Source of the DNA: Saccostrea echinata
Taxonomy: Eukaryota
Reading direction: 5' to 3'
NCBI RefSeq assembly: GCF_033153115.1
Contig: NW_026889796.1
Location: forward strand, 8,928,001 to 8,992,000
Length of the DNA stretch: 64,000 nt
This document shows positions 12,921 to 25,586 of the stretch, piece by piece. The position numbers and the translations under genes were made by a program. Within the stretch, counting starts at the first letter, position 1; each line of letters opens with the position of its first letter. A model generated the notes under the pieces. That model did not search any database and was not told the origin of the DNA. It was given only the letters and a program-made list of their open reading frames with translations.

Positions 12921-13404
12921 TTGAAATCGTTTCAGCTTTATATTTCAGATATCTAAGAAGTTTCAAATATACGTGCACGACTGAGTTGACTTTTAAGTTT
13001 CTTGTATTTTTGATGTTGTAAAGTTTTCTTCTCCGGCATTGGTATTTCAAAATTTACTCTTTTTTACCCTCTTGATATTATACTTATGTATTTCGTTTAC
13101 TTGTATAAAACGAGATATCTAACTTGAATGTATTGCAAGTTACCAATCATGTTTTCCAGTATCTATATAGACAGACGCACAATTTAACAAATCTACAAAA
13201 ATAAAGTCTACAAGTTTGTGGAATTTGGATAATAAGAAATTATGGAGAGATAACTGTCACAATTTTTTAAATGTTTTTTTTTCCCCCTAATTTCTTGCTT
13301 TTCAAAAATTTATTTCAAAAATTGAATTTTATTCTCATTTTAATTCTAACTTTTAGTTTAAAATTTTCCAGTTTTATATCATTTTCTTAATGTCATTTTA
13401 TTCA

Positions 13405-14718
13405 ACGATTAGCAGGTCCAAATAACAGTTTTACCAAACTTCTTTCTTTACTCCTCACTAAAATATTACCAGCAGCAGTGAAAAAGAAGCTTCAGGAGTT
13501 CTGTGCAACAATATATTTGAGAAGTGGTATAAATCAGTTGTGGATACTTAAGAATTCTAAGAACCTTTCGGAAAATTTAATATCACAAAATTTTACCAAA
13601 ATCAATAACATCAAAACTTAGGACTTTTCAACTCTATGTACAACCACTTCCCATTAAAACTTAAAGTCCAGGCTTTTTGACATCATTGACAGCTTTTTTT
13701 TTCCAATAAAAATGGAACTCGTAAATTGACTTATCTTGTCATTGGTCATTTGCAAAATTATTTTGTTTAAAAACAATCTGATTGTACACACAAATACTCT
13801 GAGGTTGACATTAAAAAGATGCTCGAGTTTCTGATTGACAATATTTATGTGTTTTTTGGAGACAAGGTCTTCCAACAATCTGCTGGAATTCCCATGGGCA
13901 CCAATTGCGCCACGTTATTAGCAGACCTATTTTTGTATTCATATGAAGCAGAATTTGTTCAAAATCTTTTACGTGAAAAGAAGAAATCAATTGCTGTGAT
14001 CTTTAACTCATCATTTAGATCTATCGACGACGTATTGTCAATTAACAATGTTTTTTTCCTTTCTTATGTCGACACGATATATCCCGGTGAGCTTTATATA
14101 AAAGATACCAGAGAGTCCGACACATCTGTTTCATATTTGGATATTTTATTAGTAAAAGACGTTAACGGTGATCTAACAACAAAGCTCTATGATACACGTG
14201 ATGGCTTTAACTTTCCAATCGTCAACTTCCCTTACTTATGCAGAAATACACCCTAATCACCTGCATACGGGGTTTATATCTGTCAGTTGATTCGATACGC
14301 CAGAGCATGCTCTACGTATGAACAATTTCTTGAAGGAGGTAAGTTATTGACAAACAAGGTGATGAAACAAAAATATCAGCAGTCTCGTTTAAAGTCATCA
14401 TTTCGTAAGTTCTATGGTCGATATAATGGCCTTGTCAACAAATACAATCTTTCATTAAGTCAAATGCTTACTGACTTTTATCATACTAATTTTTAGGCCA
14501 TTATTTACACACTGAATTGTCGAAGGATTTTTCCGTTATATCCTGATCATGACAAGGAGCACACGGCGAGTGTGATCGGTCGGCAGGGGCTGATCACTCC
14601 TCCATGGCACCTGATCCCACCTCTGATGTCTTAGAAGTCCGTGTTTGCTCTCCTCCTATTTTGTAATGTTTAATGGACTTTTGAGCTCGAATACTGTTCG
14701 TTATCTCCACATATTTAA
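13405..14718 (+). mobile_element. 5'-truncated, disrupted Penelope-like retroelement (Naiad-type RT and 3' UTR)
   Basis: PLE RT motifs DFSTL, GIPMGTNCATLLADLFLYSYE, FRSIDDVLSINN, YLDIL, FNFPIVNFPYL, SPAYGVYICQLIRYARAC, FRKFYGRY. Stops/frameshifts; no C-terminal GIY-YIG domain after the RT. Confidence 0.88.
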
Positions 14719-15061
14719 TTAAAAGAGCTCTTCATACGACACACAGAATAATATATGTAAGGAAAAAAAAGTATTTGACATAGTAATACAATTTGAGTTC
14801 CAATTTCTGCTTTCATTAAAAAGGAACAACAATATTTCATCTCCTAATTATATATTAGATCGATGTTTTTAAATTCTGTGCGTATGCTTATGATACTATA
14901 GTCACGTTATCATACTACTAGCCTTACATCCAGTCAACAGAACCAACTAAATCAAACAAAATAATGCAGGTAAAATAATTTAAGATTTAATAAACTCTAG
15001 AAAATATATCACAGATAAGCTTAAGAAATTCTTCAGAAACATCACAAACAGATATATTCAT

Positions 15062-16610
15062 CTAATTCCTGCGGAAAATCTTCCGAATTCTCTGCAACAG
15101 TCCAACTTTCTCAGTATCTTTGGTTTTTCTTTTTTTCTGAAAAATACATCCATCAAATATTTCAAAACCAATATTCGTTTACACATAAGTGCTTCTAAAA
15201 CAAATGATTTATATTTTAAGTATTCGGGATCTTGAACTCACTGAGCAACAACATGCTCCACAAACAAACAGGCGCATCAGAGGGTGTCTCGTCAAATAAT
15301 TGCTCTCTACGTCAGTATCCGACTTGGATTCTTGGATGTGGGACTCAATTATCTGTTACAAACAAATAGAAATCTTATGAAAATCTTACATAACAAAGTT
15401 ATGCTATTATTTAAAAGACATATGTCTTGTTTTTGTTTGTTTTTATTTTGGTTAAATAAACTTTCAAGAAAGAAAGAAAACAAAATCGCCCCCCCCCCCC
15501 CGCTTCCTTAAAATTTTCGCCATCCATTTTGTGTTTGTTTTCTCCAAGATTAAAAATTTTTTACTATAATATATTGGAATTGAAATACTAACATTACTCG
15601 GTGGGAAAAAAATCTCCATTTTCTTACCTCCGTTGACAGAAGTGAAATTTCGGTATCGATAATTTCCAATCCAAATATATTCCTGTAATAGAGATCAAAT
15701 GAATTCATTTCAAAATTATCAATGCAAGCTATTGAATTATATCAATTGGAAATATGCCACACCTTAAAACTTTTTGCAAGTTAATATAACATACTTACAT
15801 TGTTCGATTTTTGGTGCTGCATGCAGCAGTTTTCCCATCCGACATGGTGGTTTGAGAATCTGAGCTCTGTAATTAGACACAGGTAGGTTAATAAACATAT
15901 TTTAAATCAGTTAAATCATTTCACATCTTGTACCAAAGATTGAAAAACAACATTATCTTACCTGTAACTCTTGGGGTATTGTGGTAGCACATTCTGTCCT
16001 ACTTGATTGTGTCTCAGCTGTGCTTATCGCCAGTGGTCTATTGTCTTCGTCCCATTCACGGGGAAGGTACTGAGCATGAATCTCACCAACTACAATTCCA
16101 GATTTGGCATCAAAGATGTGTACCAGTCTCTCCATACCCTGTATCACAGAATTGTCAATTCGGGACGCCTCGTCCGTTTTCTCAGGGGACGCATTACAGT
16201 TCGCTTCAGCCACTTGAATCTCTTTTTCTCTCAGTTGCAATAAGTGAGCATCTCTTTCTTTTTCAAAGACGTTTGTGTCTGCTGTGTCCTCATAGTCTTG
16301 AGCTTCATTTGATAATTTGGGGTCACGGAAGTCTTTGCTTTCTTCTTTCAAAGGAAATGCAGGTATCTAAAACAAGTTAAAACACAATAAACATACAATG
16401 GACATAACTTTTATGGAAGATTAAAAATATTAATATAACTATTGTTTGTAGCGTAACGTATTTATGTGCAATTTTTCTACCTTATAATTGCCCAATTCTG
16501 CTTCTACAACAGTACTCATGACGTTTGTTTGGCCTAGATGCTCCTGAGGCCCAGGGACATCTCCAGTATTCTGAAATTCACGATTTATATTTTTATGATT
16601 TCATGAACAC

Positions 16611-16641
<31 letters not shown>

Positions 16642-17514
16642 AGAGAGATCTTTTTTTTCCCAGAAACCTGTATCATAAATGACAAATTGCGCAGAATATG
16701 AACAATAATAATCAAATTTATTATAATATGTTGATGCTGATGAAAAAATACCTTTAACTTTTCTTCTTGTTCCACCATATCTGCCCAATTGTATGGGAAA
16801 GCTAATATTGCCAATTTGGCCTCCTGAAAAGGTACCGTAAAATTTATATCACATTGGCTATTTTGCCCACAATGTACTGTGTAGAATCAAAATAAATTGA
16901 AATTTCTTTACATGAAGTTAAATACACCTACCACACTGGTCACGGGGTCTTCTCCGAAATCCAAAATCTCGTTCTATAAAATCAAGACACGGATTAGAAA
17001 TTATTTGCAACAATTACATGAAAACATTATTAACGAAGTGGGTTTATTATAGATTTTCTAAAGCATTTTGAACATTTATAAATTGAATCATTCTAGTGTA
17101 TAAATTAATTTGTCTCCTGATATTGTAGGCAGTACAGATATCTCGGAACATTTAAAAAAAAAAAAAGGAACATTTTTATGTCCCTGTAGAAATGGCACAG
17201 AATACATAAAGCAAAGATAAAAGATATATCACATCAAAATGAGTTTATAAACTAGTTCATAGCGAATAGAGTAAAGAGCCTACTGTGGTCATAACTTTTA
17301 TAAAAGACTAATAATATCAAAATAACTATTGTTTGTAGCGTAACGTATTTATGTGCATTTTTTCTACCTTAGTATTGGCCAGTTCTGCCGTAGAAGATCC
17401 CGCTGCTTCCACAACAGTACTCATGATGTTTGTCTGGCCAAGATGCTCCTGAGGCTCAAGAACATCTCCATTATTCTGAAATTCACGATTTATATTTTTA
17501 TAATTTCATGAACA

Positions 17515-17560
<46 letters not shown>

Positions 17561-18105
17561 TTTTCCCAGGACCCTGTGTCAAAAATTACAAATTGTGCAG
17601 AATGTAAACAATAATAATCAAATATATCAAAATATGTTGATGTACAAATACCTTCAACTTCTCTTCTTGTTCCACCATATCTGCCCAATTGTATGGGAAA
17701 GCTAATATTGCCAATTTGGCCTCCTGAAAAGGTACCGTAAAATTTATATGACATTGGCTATTATGCCCACAATGTACTCTGTGGAATCAAAACTGAATTG
17801 AAATTTATCCATAAGTTAAATACACCTACCACACTGGTCACAGGGTCCTCTCCGAAATCCAAGATCTCGTTCTGTAAAATCAAGACACGGATTAGAAAAT
17901 AGCTGAAACCATTACATGATAACTTTTCTTTTTTTACCAAAGTAGGTTTATTATAGATTTTCAAAAGCATTTTGAACATTTATAAATTGAGTCATTCCTG
18001 TGAATTAATTACTTTTGTCATCTGATATTGCAGTCAATACCGACATCTTGAAATAAAAGTAGTAACAATTTTTACATTGTTACTCACCTGATTTTGGGTA
18101 TTCAT
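15062..18105 (-). CDS. Orphan protein copy 1 (385 aa, acidic/disordered, two NWADMVEQEE modules, C-terminal Cys cluster and basic tail)
   Basis: Twelve GT-AG exons 18105-18088, 17871-17830, 17723-17652, 17475-17368, 16973-16932, 16823-16752, 16570-16481, 16366-15962, 15866-15799, 15682-15628, 15352-15242, 15136-15062 splice into a 1158-nt open frame ending RLFVCGACCCSKKRKTKDTEKVGLLQRIRKIFRRN*. Confidence 0.82.
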
Positions 18106-18159
18106 TGTACTTCCAAGCACAGTTTTTTCTTTGATTAGATGACAACACTATTCTGCCAT

Positions 18160-18215
18160 TCGTTACCAACAAACTAAAGTTTACTGACGTCATAATAGCC
18201 ACTGTGACGTTGCAA
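18160..18215. promoter_or_regulatory. CRE palindrome with nearby RFX-like half site upstream of the orphan gene ATG
   Basis: TGACGTCA at 18185-18192, conserved at 23855-23862 and 42868-42875; neighbouring GTTACC/GGCAAC half X-box and a TGACGT half site in all three copies. Confidence 0.5.
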
Positions 18216-20793
18216 TTGCCGTGACGAATATCCTGCGCTAAAACATTATTCTCTCCGAATTTTGACTAACAAGTAGAATTCGAAACTGCATTTTGTCAAG
18301 ATTCTGTCCATTTTTCACGAAATTTAATCAATCTAATACATCAAAATAAGTTATAATTCTTTAGATCCTGCGCTTATTTCCCTTGTGCCAATAAATACAA
18401 ATGATTAGGGGAATTTTTTGAAAATGTAATTTCATTTTTCTCGTGGGGGGGGGGGGGGAGGGGGAGGGGGGGGTTTTGTCTGAACACAGAAGATTAGACT
18501 AGAATAGTTTAAACGTAAATTTTAATTTTACTGCTCGTTGTAAAAGAGTATTATTTTTTCTGTTTATTCTTACTTAATACACATGTATGTACAGCTTTCA
18601 GCAGGAAGTATTCATTCAATACAAAAGTGGAGGGGGGGGGGATTATTCTTATCAACCCTATACCATTCTAGTAAATTCTAATTATTTTCTTCAGTCTAGA
18701 ATAATCTCAATCAAAGGGCATTTAACGCTGAACTTTGATATTCCAATACAAATAGTGCGAGACAATTAATGTCAGCAGCTTTGAGAGATGGATCCTGCAT
18801 TTCTTCCGATGTTAGAAAACGAAAGTAGGGTTTACAGAGGCTGACATTTTGGACATCCAAAGTTGTCAGGAGAGGAAAATAGTTTTAGAAAACAGGATTG
18901 GTGTATAATGAAAACAATGCTGATTTACTGATAAACTTCATTTTGAGTTATTTAATGTTCTGAATGAAATAAATTAATTAGTTCACTGCAAGATACGAAA
19001 AATGCAGAGGGAAATCGTTAAGTGATTTATAAGGAAAACTTGCAAGGCCGGGGTGGATCCTCGCGTATCCGGAAAAAATAGATATATTTGAAATAATCAG
19101 TTGTTAGTGTTGAATTAATTGTAACTATCATAATTATAACCATGCATGCAATGTAAGAAGTTAAACTACGGCAAGGATTGCGTGGACTGCTATTTAATAG
19201 TATTTTTCAAGATTAATTCATTCTATATAGATTTAAAATCAATTCCACTTTTAAAATTGAAGAGAAATGCCTGACAGCAAAGCAAGAAATAATAAAGGAG
19301 GAACTGAATACCTTTATTGACACCTGAGAAAATTCTCAGTAAAATGTATATTTTACGTTTCTGTTCATCTGTACAGAATTTTAGCCACTACCAAAGTTAT
19401 TGTTCTTGCCGATAAAGTTCATAAATTTCTAGGTATCTGGGACAATGACAATTAAACTTTCTAGAAAGGTTAAACAGGGTCTTGACTACAGTACCCTGCA
19501 ATTTCGTTTCTTGTCGAAACGAGTTTAGAGAAATATTCTACGTTGCTATTGCACTGATGAGGGAAGGAGGGGGGGGGGGGGGTTAAGTTGATAAATATAA
19601 CATAAGACTATTACAAACACCAAAGCTTATTTTAAGGTATTTTGTAATTTGAGTACATTGTTGTTTTTAGAAAAAAAAAAAAAGAAAAAAAAAAGTCCGA
19701 ATCACACAGTATCCAATTCCCACTACCTTGGATTAGTTGTATATAATATTGAGCGGAGAAGAAGTCGAGATTAATTAGTATATAATAAAAATGTTGATTT
19801 TCAGATAGACCTCTTACTAGCTTTTTCATATTCTGAATGAGTTGATAGTTAGTTTAGTGAATATGAAATACATAAGAAATACAGAGGCGAGACTTTGTAA
19901 ATACAGAAAAATTCAAAACTTGGCCGAGACGGAAAGGGCGTTTTGAACACAGAAAGAAAAGATTGAAATAGGCATGTGTTTGGGTTAAACTAAATGTTAT
20001 ATCATAAATTAAATTCCATACATGCATTTTGAAAGGGAAACATGGCAATGAAAGTGTGAAATACTATTTACTGTCGAAAATCCCTATTTTTCGACATTGA
20101 TTAATTCTAAATAAATTAAAAATAAATTCCACTTGATAAATAAAAGGGGAATGCTTGATATAACAATGACATATCATATCATGGGAAATGAATTCTATTA
20201 TCGATATTTGAAGACATTGCTAGTTACAGATAAAACTCATTTCTCCGTTCGTCTGAATAAACTTTTAACCTCTAGTAAAGTTGCTGTTTTTGCCGATAAT
20301 CTTCATTATTTCTTTGTGCATTGGACAATGACCATAAGATGTTCCAGAAAGTTTTTCTCGAGTCTTGACTACCTTACCATGAAATTTTGTGTGGATCCAA
20401 GGCCTGTTTGAATTTTAGAAAAATATTCTGCGTTGGTTCGTTTTTTTTTTTTCAAAGAGCTCTTCACACAACACACAGAGTAATAAATGTAAGGGGAAAA
20501 AAAGTACTTGACATAGGAATACAATTAGTTCTGAATTCTGATTTCATTGAAAAGGAACAACAATATTTCATCTCCTAATTATATATTAGATCGATGTTTT
20601 TAAATTCTGTGCGTATGCTTATGATACTATAGTCACGTTATCATACTACTAGCCTTACATCCAGTCAACAGAACCAACTAAATCAAACAAAATAATGCAG
20701 GTAAAATAATTTAAGATTTAATAAATTCTAGAAAATATATCACAGATAAGCTTAAGAAATTCTTCAGAAACATTAACAGTCAGATATATTCAT

Positions 20794-23775
20794 CTAATTC
20801 CTGCGGAAAATCTTCCGAATTCTCTGCAACAGTCCAACTTTCTCATTATCTTTGGTTTTTCTTTTTTTCTGAAAAATACATCCATCAAATATTTCAAAAC
20901 CAATATTCGTTTACACACAAGTCCTTCTAAAATAAATGATTTATATTCTAAGTATTCAGGATCTTGAACTCACTGAGCAACAACATGCTCCACAAACAAA
21001 CAGGCGCATCAGAGGGTGTCTCGTCAAATAATTGCTCTCTACGTCAGTTTCCGACTTGGATTCTTGGATGCGAGACTCAATCATCTGTTACAAAGAAATA
21101 GAAATCTTATGAAAATCTTACGTAACAAAGTCATGCTATTCTTTAAAGACATATGTCTTGTTTTTGTTTGTTTTTATTTTGGTTAAATAAACTTTAAAAA
21201 AAAAATCGCTGACCCCCTCTCAAAATTTTCGCCATCCATTTTGTGTTTGTTTCCTCCAAGATTAAAAACATTTTACTATATTAAACAGGAATTGAAATAC
21301 TGACATTACTCTGAGGGAAAAAATCTCCATTTTCTTACCTCCGTTGACAGAAGTGAAATTTCTGTGTCCATAATCTCCAATCCAAGTATATTCCTGTAAC
21401 AGAGATCAAATGAGTTCATTTCAAAATTATCAATGCAAGCTATTGAATTATATCAATTGGAAATATGCCACACCTTAAAACTTTTTGTAAGTTTATATAA
21501 CATACTTACATTGTTTGATTTCTGGTGCTGCATGCAGCAGTTTTTCCATCCGACATGGTGGATTGAGAATCTGAGCTCTATAATTAGACACAGGTAGGTT
21601 AATAAACATTTTAAATCAGATAAATCGTTTCACATCTTGTACCAAAGATTCAAAAACAACATTATCTTACCTATGACTTTTGGGGTATTGTGGTAGCACA
21701 TTCTGTCCTACTTGATTGTGTCTCAGCTGTGCTTATCGCCAGTGGTCTATCGTCTTCGTCCCATTCACTGGGAAGGTACTGAGCATGAATTTCACCAACT
21801 ACAATTCCAGATTTGGCATCAAAGATGTGTACCAGTCTCTCCATACCCTGTATCACAGAATTGTCAATTCGGGACGCCTCATCCGTTTTCTCAGGGGACG
21901 CGTTACAGTTCGCTTCAGCCACTTGAATCTCTTTTTCTCTCAATTGCAATAAGTGAGCATCTCTTTCTTTTTCAAAGACGTTTGTGTCTGCTGTGTCCTC
22001 ATAGTCTTGAGCTTCATTTGATAATTTGGGGTCACGGAAGTCTTTGCTTTCTTCTTTCAAAGGAAATGCAGGTATCTAAAACAAGTTAAAACATGTAAGC
22101 ATACTATGGAGATAACTTTTATGAAAGACTAAAAGTATTAATATAACTATTGTTTGCAGTATAACGTATTTATTTGCAATTTTTCTACCTTATAATTGTC
22201 CAATTCTCCTGTAGAAGATCCCGCTGCTTCGACAACAGTACTCATGACGTTTTTCTGGCCTAGATGCTCCTGAGGCCCAGGGACATCTCCATTATTCTGA
22301 AATTCATGATTTATATTCTGATGATTTCATGAACGAGAGAGAGAGAGAGAGAGGGAGAGTTCTTTTTTCAAGAAACCTGTATCGTAAATTGTGCAGAATA
22401 TGAACAATAATAATCAAATTTATTATAATATGTTGATGCTGATGTAAAAATACCTTTAACTTCTCTTCTTGTTCCACCATATCTGCCCAATTGTATGGGA
22501 AAGCTAATATTGCCAATTTGGCCTCCTGAAAAGGTACCGTAAAATTTATATGACATTGGCTATTATGCCCACAATGTACTGTGTGGAATCAAAATAAATT
22601 GAAATTTCTTTACATGAAGTTAAATACACCTACCACACTGGTCACGGGGTCTTCTCCGAAATCCAAGATCTCGTTCTATAAAATCAAGACACGGATTAGA
22701 AATTAGTTTGAACAATTACATGGAAACATTATTAACAAATTAGGTTTATTAAAGATTTTCAAAAGCATTTTGAACATTTATAAATTGAATCATTCTAGTG
22801 TATGTATTAATTTGTCCCTTGATATTGCAGGCAGTACAGATATCTCGGAACATTTAAAAAAAAGGAACATTTTCATATTCTTGTAGAAATGGTACAGAAT
22901 ACATAAAGCAAAGATAAACATATTTCGCATCAAAATGAGTTATAAACTAGTTTATAGCGAATAGAGTAAAGAGCCTACTGTGGTCATAACTTTTATAAAA
23001 GACTAATAATATCAATATAACTTTTGTTTGTAGCGTAATGTATTTATTTACATTTTTACTACCTTAGTATTGGCCAGTTCTACTGTAGAAAATCCCGCTG
23101 CTTGGACAACAGTACTCATGATATTTGTCTGGCCAAGATGCTCCTGAGGCCCAGGGACATCTCCATCATTCTGAAATTCATGATTTATATTTTTATGATT
23201 TCATGAACACGAGAGAGAGGGAGAGAGAGATCTTTTTTCCAGGAACCTGTATCATAAATTGTGCAGAATATAAACAATAATAATCAAATTTATTATAATA
23301 TGTTGATGCTGATGTAAAAATACCTTTAACTTCTCTTCTTGTTCCACCATATCTGCCCAATTGTATGGGAAAGCTAATATTGCCAATTTGGCCTCCTGAA
23401 AAGGTACCGTAAAATTTATATGACATTGGCTATTATGCCCACAATGTACTTGTTGAATCGAAACTAAATTGAAATTTCATTATATGAAGTTAAATACACC
23501 TACCACACTGGTCACGGGGTCCTCTCCGAAATCCAAGATCTCGTTCTATAAAATCAAGACAAGGATTAAAAACTAGCTGAAACCATTACATGAAAACTTT
23601 TTTTTTACCAAAGTAGGTTTATTAAAGATTTTCAAAAGCATTTTGAACATTTATAAATTGAGTCATTCCTTGAATCAATTACTTTTTCCCCGGATATTGC
23701 AGTCAATACCGACATCTTGAAAAAAAAAATAGGAACAATTTTTGCATTGTAACCCACCTGATTTTGGGTATTCAT
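20794..23775 (-). pseudogene. Orphan protein copy 2 with a premature stop
   Basis: Same 12 exons (23775-23758, 23545-23504, 23395-23324, 23170-23063, 22675-22634, 22525-22454, 22296-22189, 22075-21671, 21577-21510, 21393-21339, 21084-20974, 20868-20794). The last codon of the large exon is TAG (21673-21671) where copies 1 and 3 have CAG. Confidence 0.78.
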
Positions 23776-24698
23776 TGTTCTTCCAAGCACAATATTTTCT
23801 TTGATTAGATGACAACACTATTCCGCCATTCGTTACCAACAAACTAAAGTTTACTGACGTCATAATAGCCATTGTGACGTTGCAATTGCCGTGACGAATA
23901 TCCTGCCCTAAAATATAATTCTCTCCGAATTTTGTCTCACAAGTTGTATTTGAAATTGCATTTTCTGAACATTCTGTCTAATTTTCATTAAGTTCAATCA
24001 ATCTAATACATCGAAATAAGTTATAATTATTGAGATTCTGCGCATATTTTCCTTGTTTTTGCGGGGGGAGGGTCTGAACACACAAGATTAAGCTAAAATA
24101 GATTAAACGTAAATTTTAATTTTACTGCTGGTTGTAAAAGAGTATTGTTTTTTTTTCTGTTTAGTCTTACTTAATATGTACAACTTTGAGAAGGAAGTAT
24201 TAATTTGAAAACAAAACTTGGGGGGGGGGGGGGTTTCCTTGTCATCCCTATACCATTCTAGTAAACTCTAACTATTTTCTTCGGTCTAGGATAAACTCAA
24301 TCAAAGGGCATTTAACGCTAATCTTTGATATTCCAATACAAATAGTGCGAGACAATTAATGTCAGCATTTTGAGGGATGGATTCTAAATTTCTTCCGGAA
24401 GAAGGGTTTACGGAGGCTGACATTTTGGACGCCGAAAGTTGTTGGGAGAGTAAAGTATTTTTTTGAAAACAGGATTGGTGTAAAATGAAAAATGTTGATT
24501 GACTGATAAACTTTATTTTTGATTATTTAATGTTCTGAATGAAATAAATTAATTAGTTCAGTGCAAGGTATGAAAAAAGCAGGGAGAAATTGTTAAGTGA
24601 TTTATATGGAAAACTTGCAAAGCCGGGGTGATCCTTGCATATCCGAAAAGAATAGATATATTTAAAGAATTAGTTGACTGTTGTTAGCGTTGAATTAA

Positions 24699-25127
24699 TT
24701 AAATTTCCATTTCTATTTGTTTTCTCTGTGATAACTATTTGAAAGTTAGTTGAGTTGATTTCTTGATCATTCTACCGGAATGTAAATTTGGTCAAGGAAA
24801 GGTTAGGAGCTAAGAAGGCCTAATATGCATGTAAATCTCGTGCGACTGTCTTTGTGTTTGACGTCGCGGGGACGACGATTGAAATTGACATGTGAGGCCT
24901 CGTGTAATTTAAATCTATTAGTCTAAATTTACAATTTTATTTCACAATGAAATGGAAATATAAGGAATCACTGTCTAGTTAGTAGAGTATGCCAGGGACA
25001 TCAACGATAGTTGGAAACGTTGGATAATTTATGCATAACGGGCGAAGTCCGTTATGCAAATTATCCCACGTTTCCAACTATCGTTGATGCCCTGGCATAC
25101 TCTACTAACTAGACAGTGATTCCTTAA
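24699..25127. mobile_element. Non-autonomous element ending in a ~165-bp near-perfect hairpin; present only in duplicate unit 2
   Basis: Absent at the equivalent site of unit 1 (~19120) and copy 3. Palindrome 24961-25126 closed by a C-GAA-G loop; TTAA at both ends. Confidence 0.82.
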
Positions 25128-25586
25128 GTATCTATTTATATCCATGCATGCAATGTAAGAAGTAAAAACAGGGCAAGGATTGCATGGACTGCTATTTAAT
25201 AGCAAAAATCGCAATTTTTCAAGATTGATTCATTCTTTTTAAAATTAAAATCAATCCCATTTAAGAAATTGAAGAAGAATACAACAAAGCAAGAGGTAAG
25301 GAAGGGGGAACTGAATATCTTTATTAACATCTGTTGTTGAACAGGCCTCTGATAAATTAGTTACATGTACCTTAGTGAATATGAAACACATAATAAATAT
25401 AGCGAGAGAATGTTATAGAAAAATTCAAAACTTCTCGTCTCTGTGTATTAGACTTGTCAAACCATTAGCCTCGCAGTCTATGAGATTGATCAACTCCATA
25501 TATCTCTGTATGCAGACAGTAACAAATTAACCTAATAATTGATTTATTTTCTCAAGGATCACATTGCGAGAGATTTAATCACAAGA

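Larger units (their letters stand above)
14721..25435. repeat. Tandem segmental duplication, period ~5.7 kb (units ~14721-19925 and ~19950-25435)
   Basis: Colinear high identity across exons, introns and flanks, e.g. 14721 vs 20455, 18181 vs 23851, 19910 vs 25421. Confidence 0.95.

Noticed and set aside
12545-13050. Ser/Leu/Pro-rich ORFs
   Set aside because: Translation of the GA/TC low-complexity tract.
16003-16380. Antisense ORFs conserved in all three orphan copies (also 21712-22089 and 44557-44836)
   Set aside because: Shadows of the large exon; conservation is explained by recent duplication and there is no splice support.
17506-17754. Recurrent ORF MSYKFYGTFSGGQIGNISFPIQLGRYGG (also 22368, 23193, 43778)
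   Set aside because: Wrong frame across an intron-exon boundary; the spliced frame is EAKLAILAFPYNWADM.
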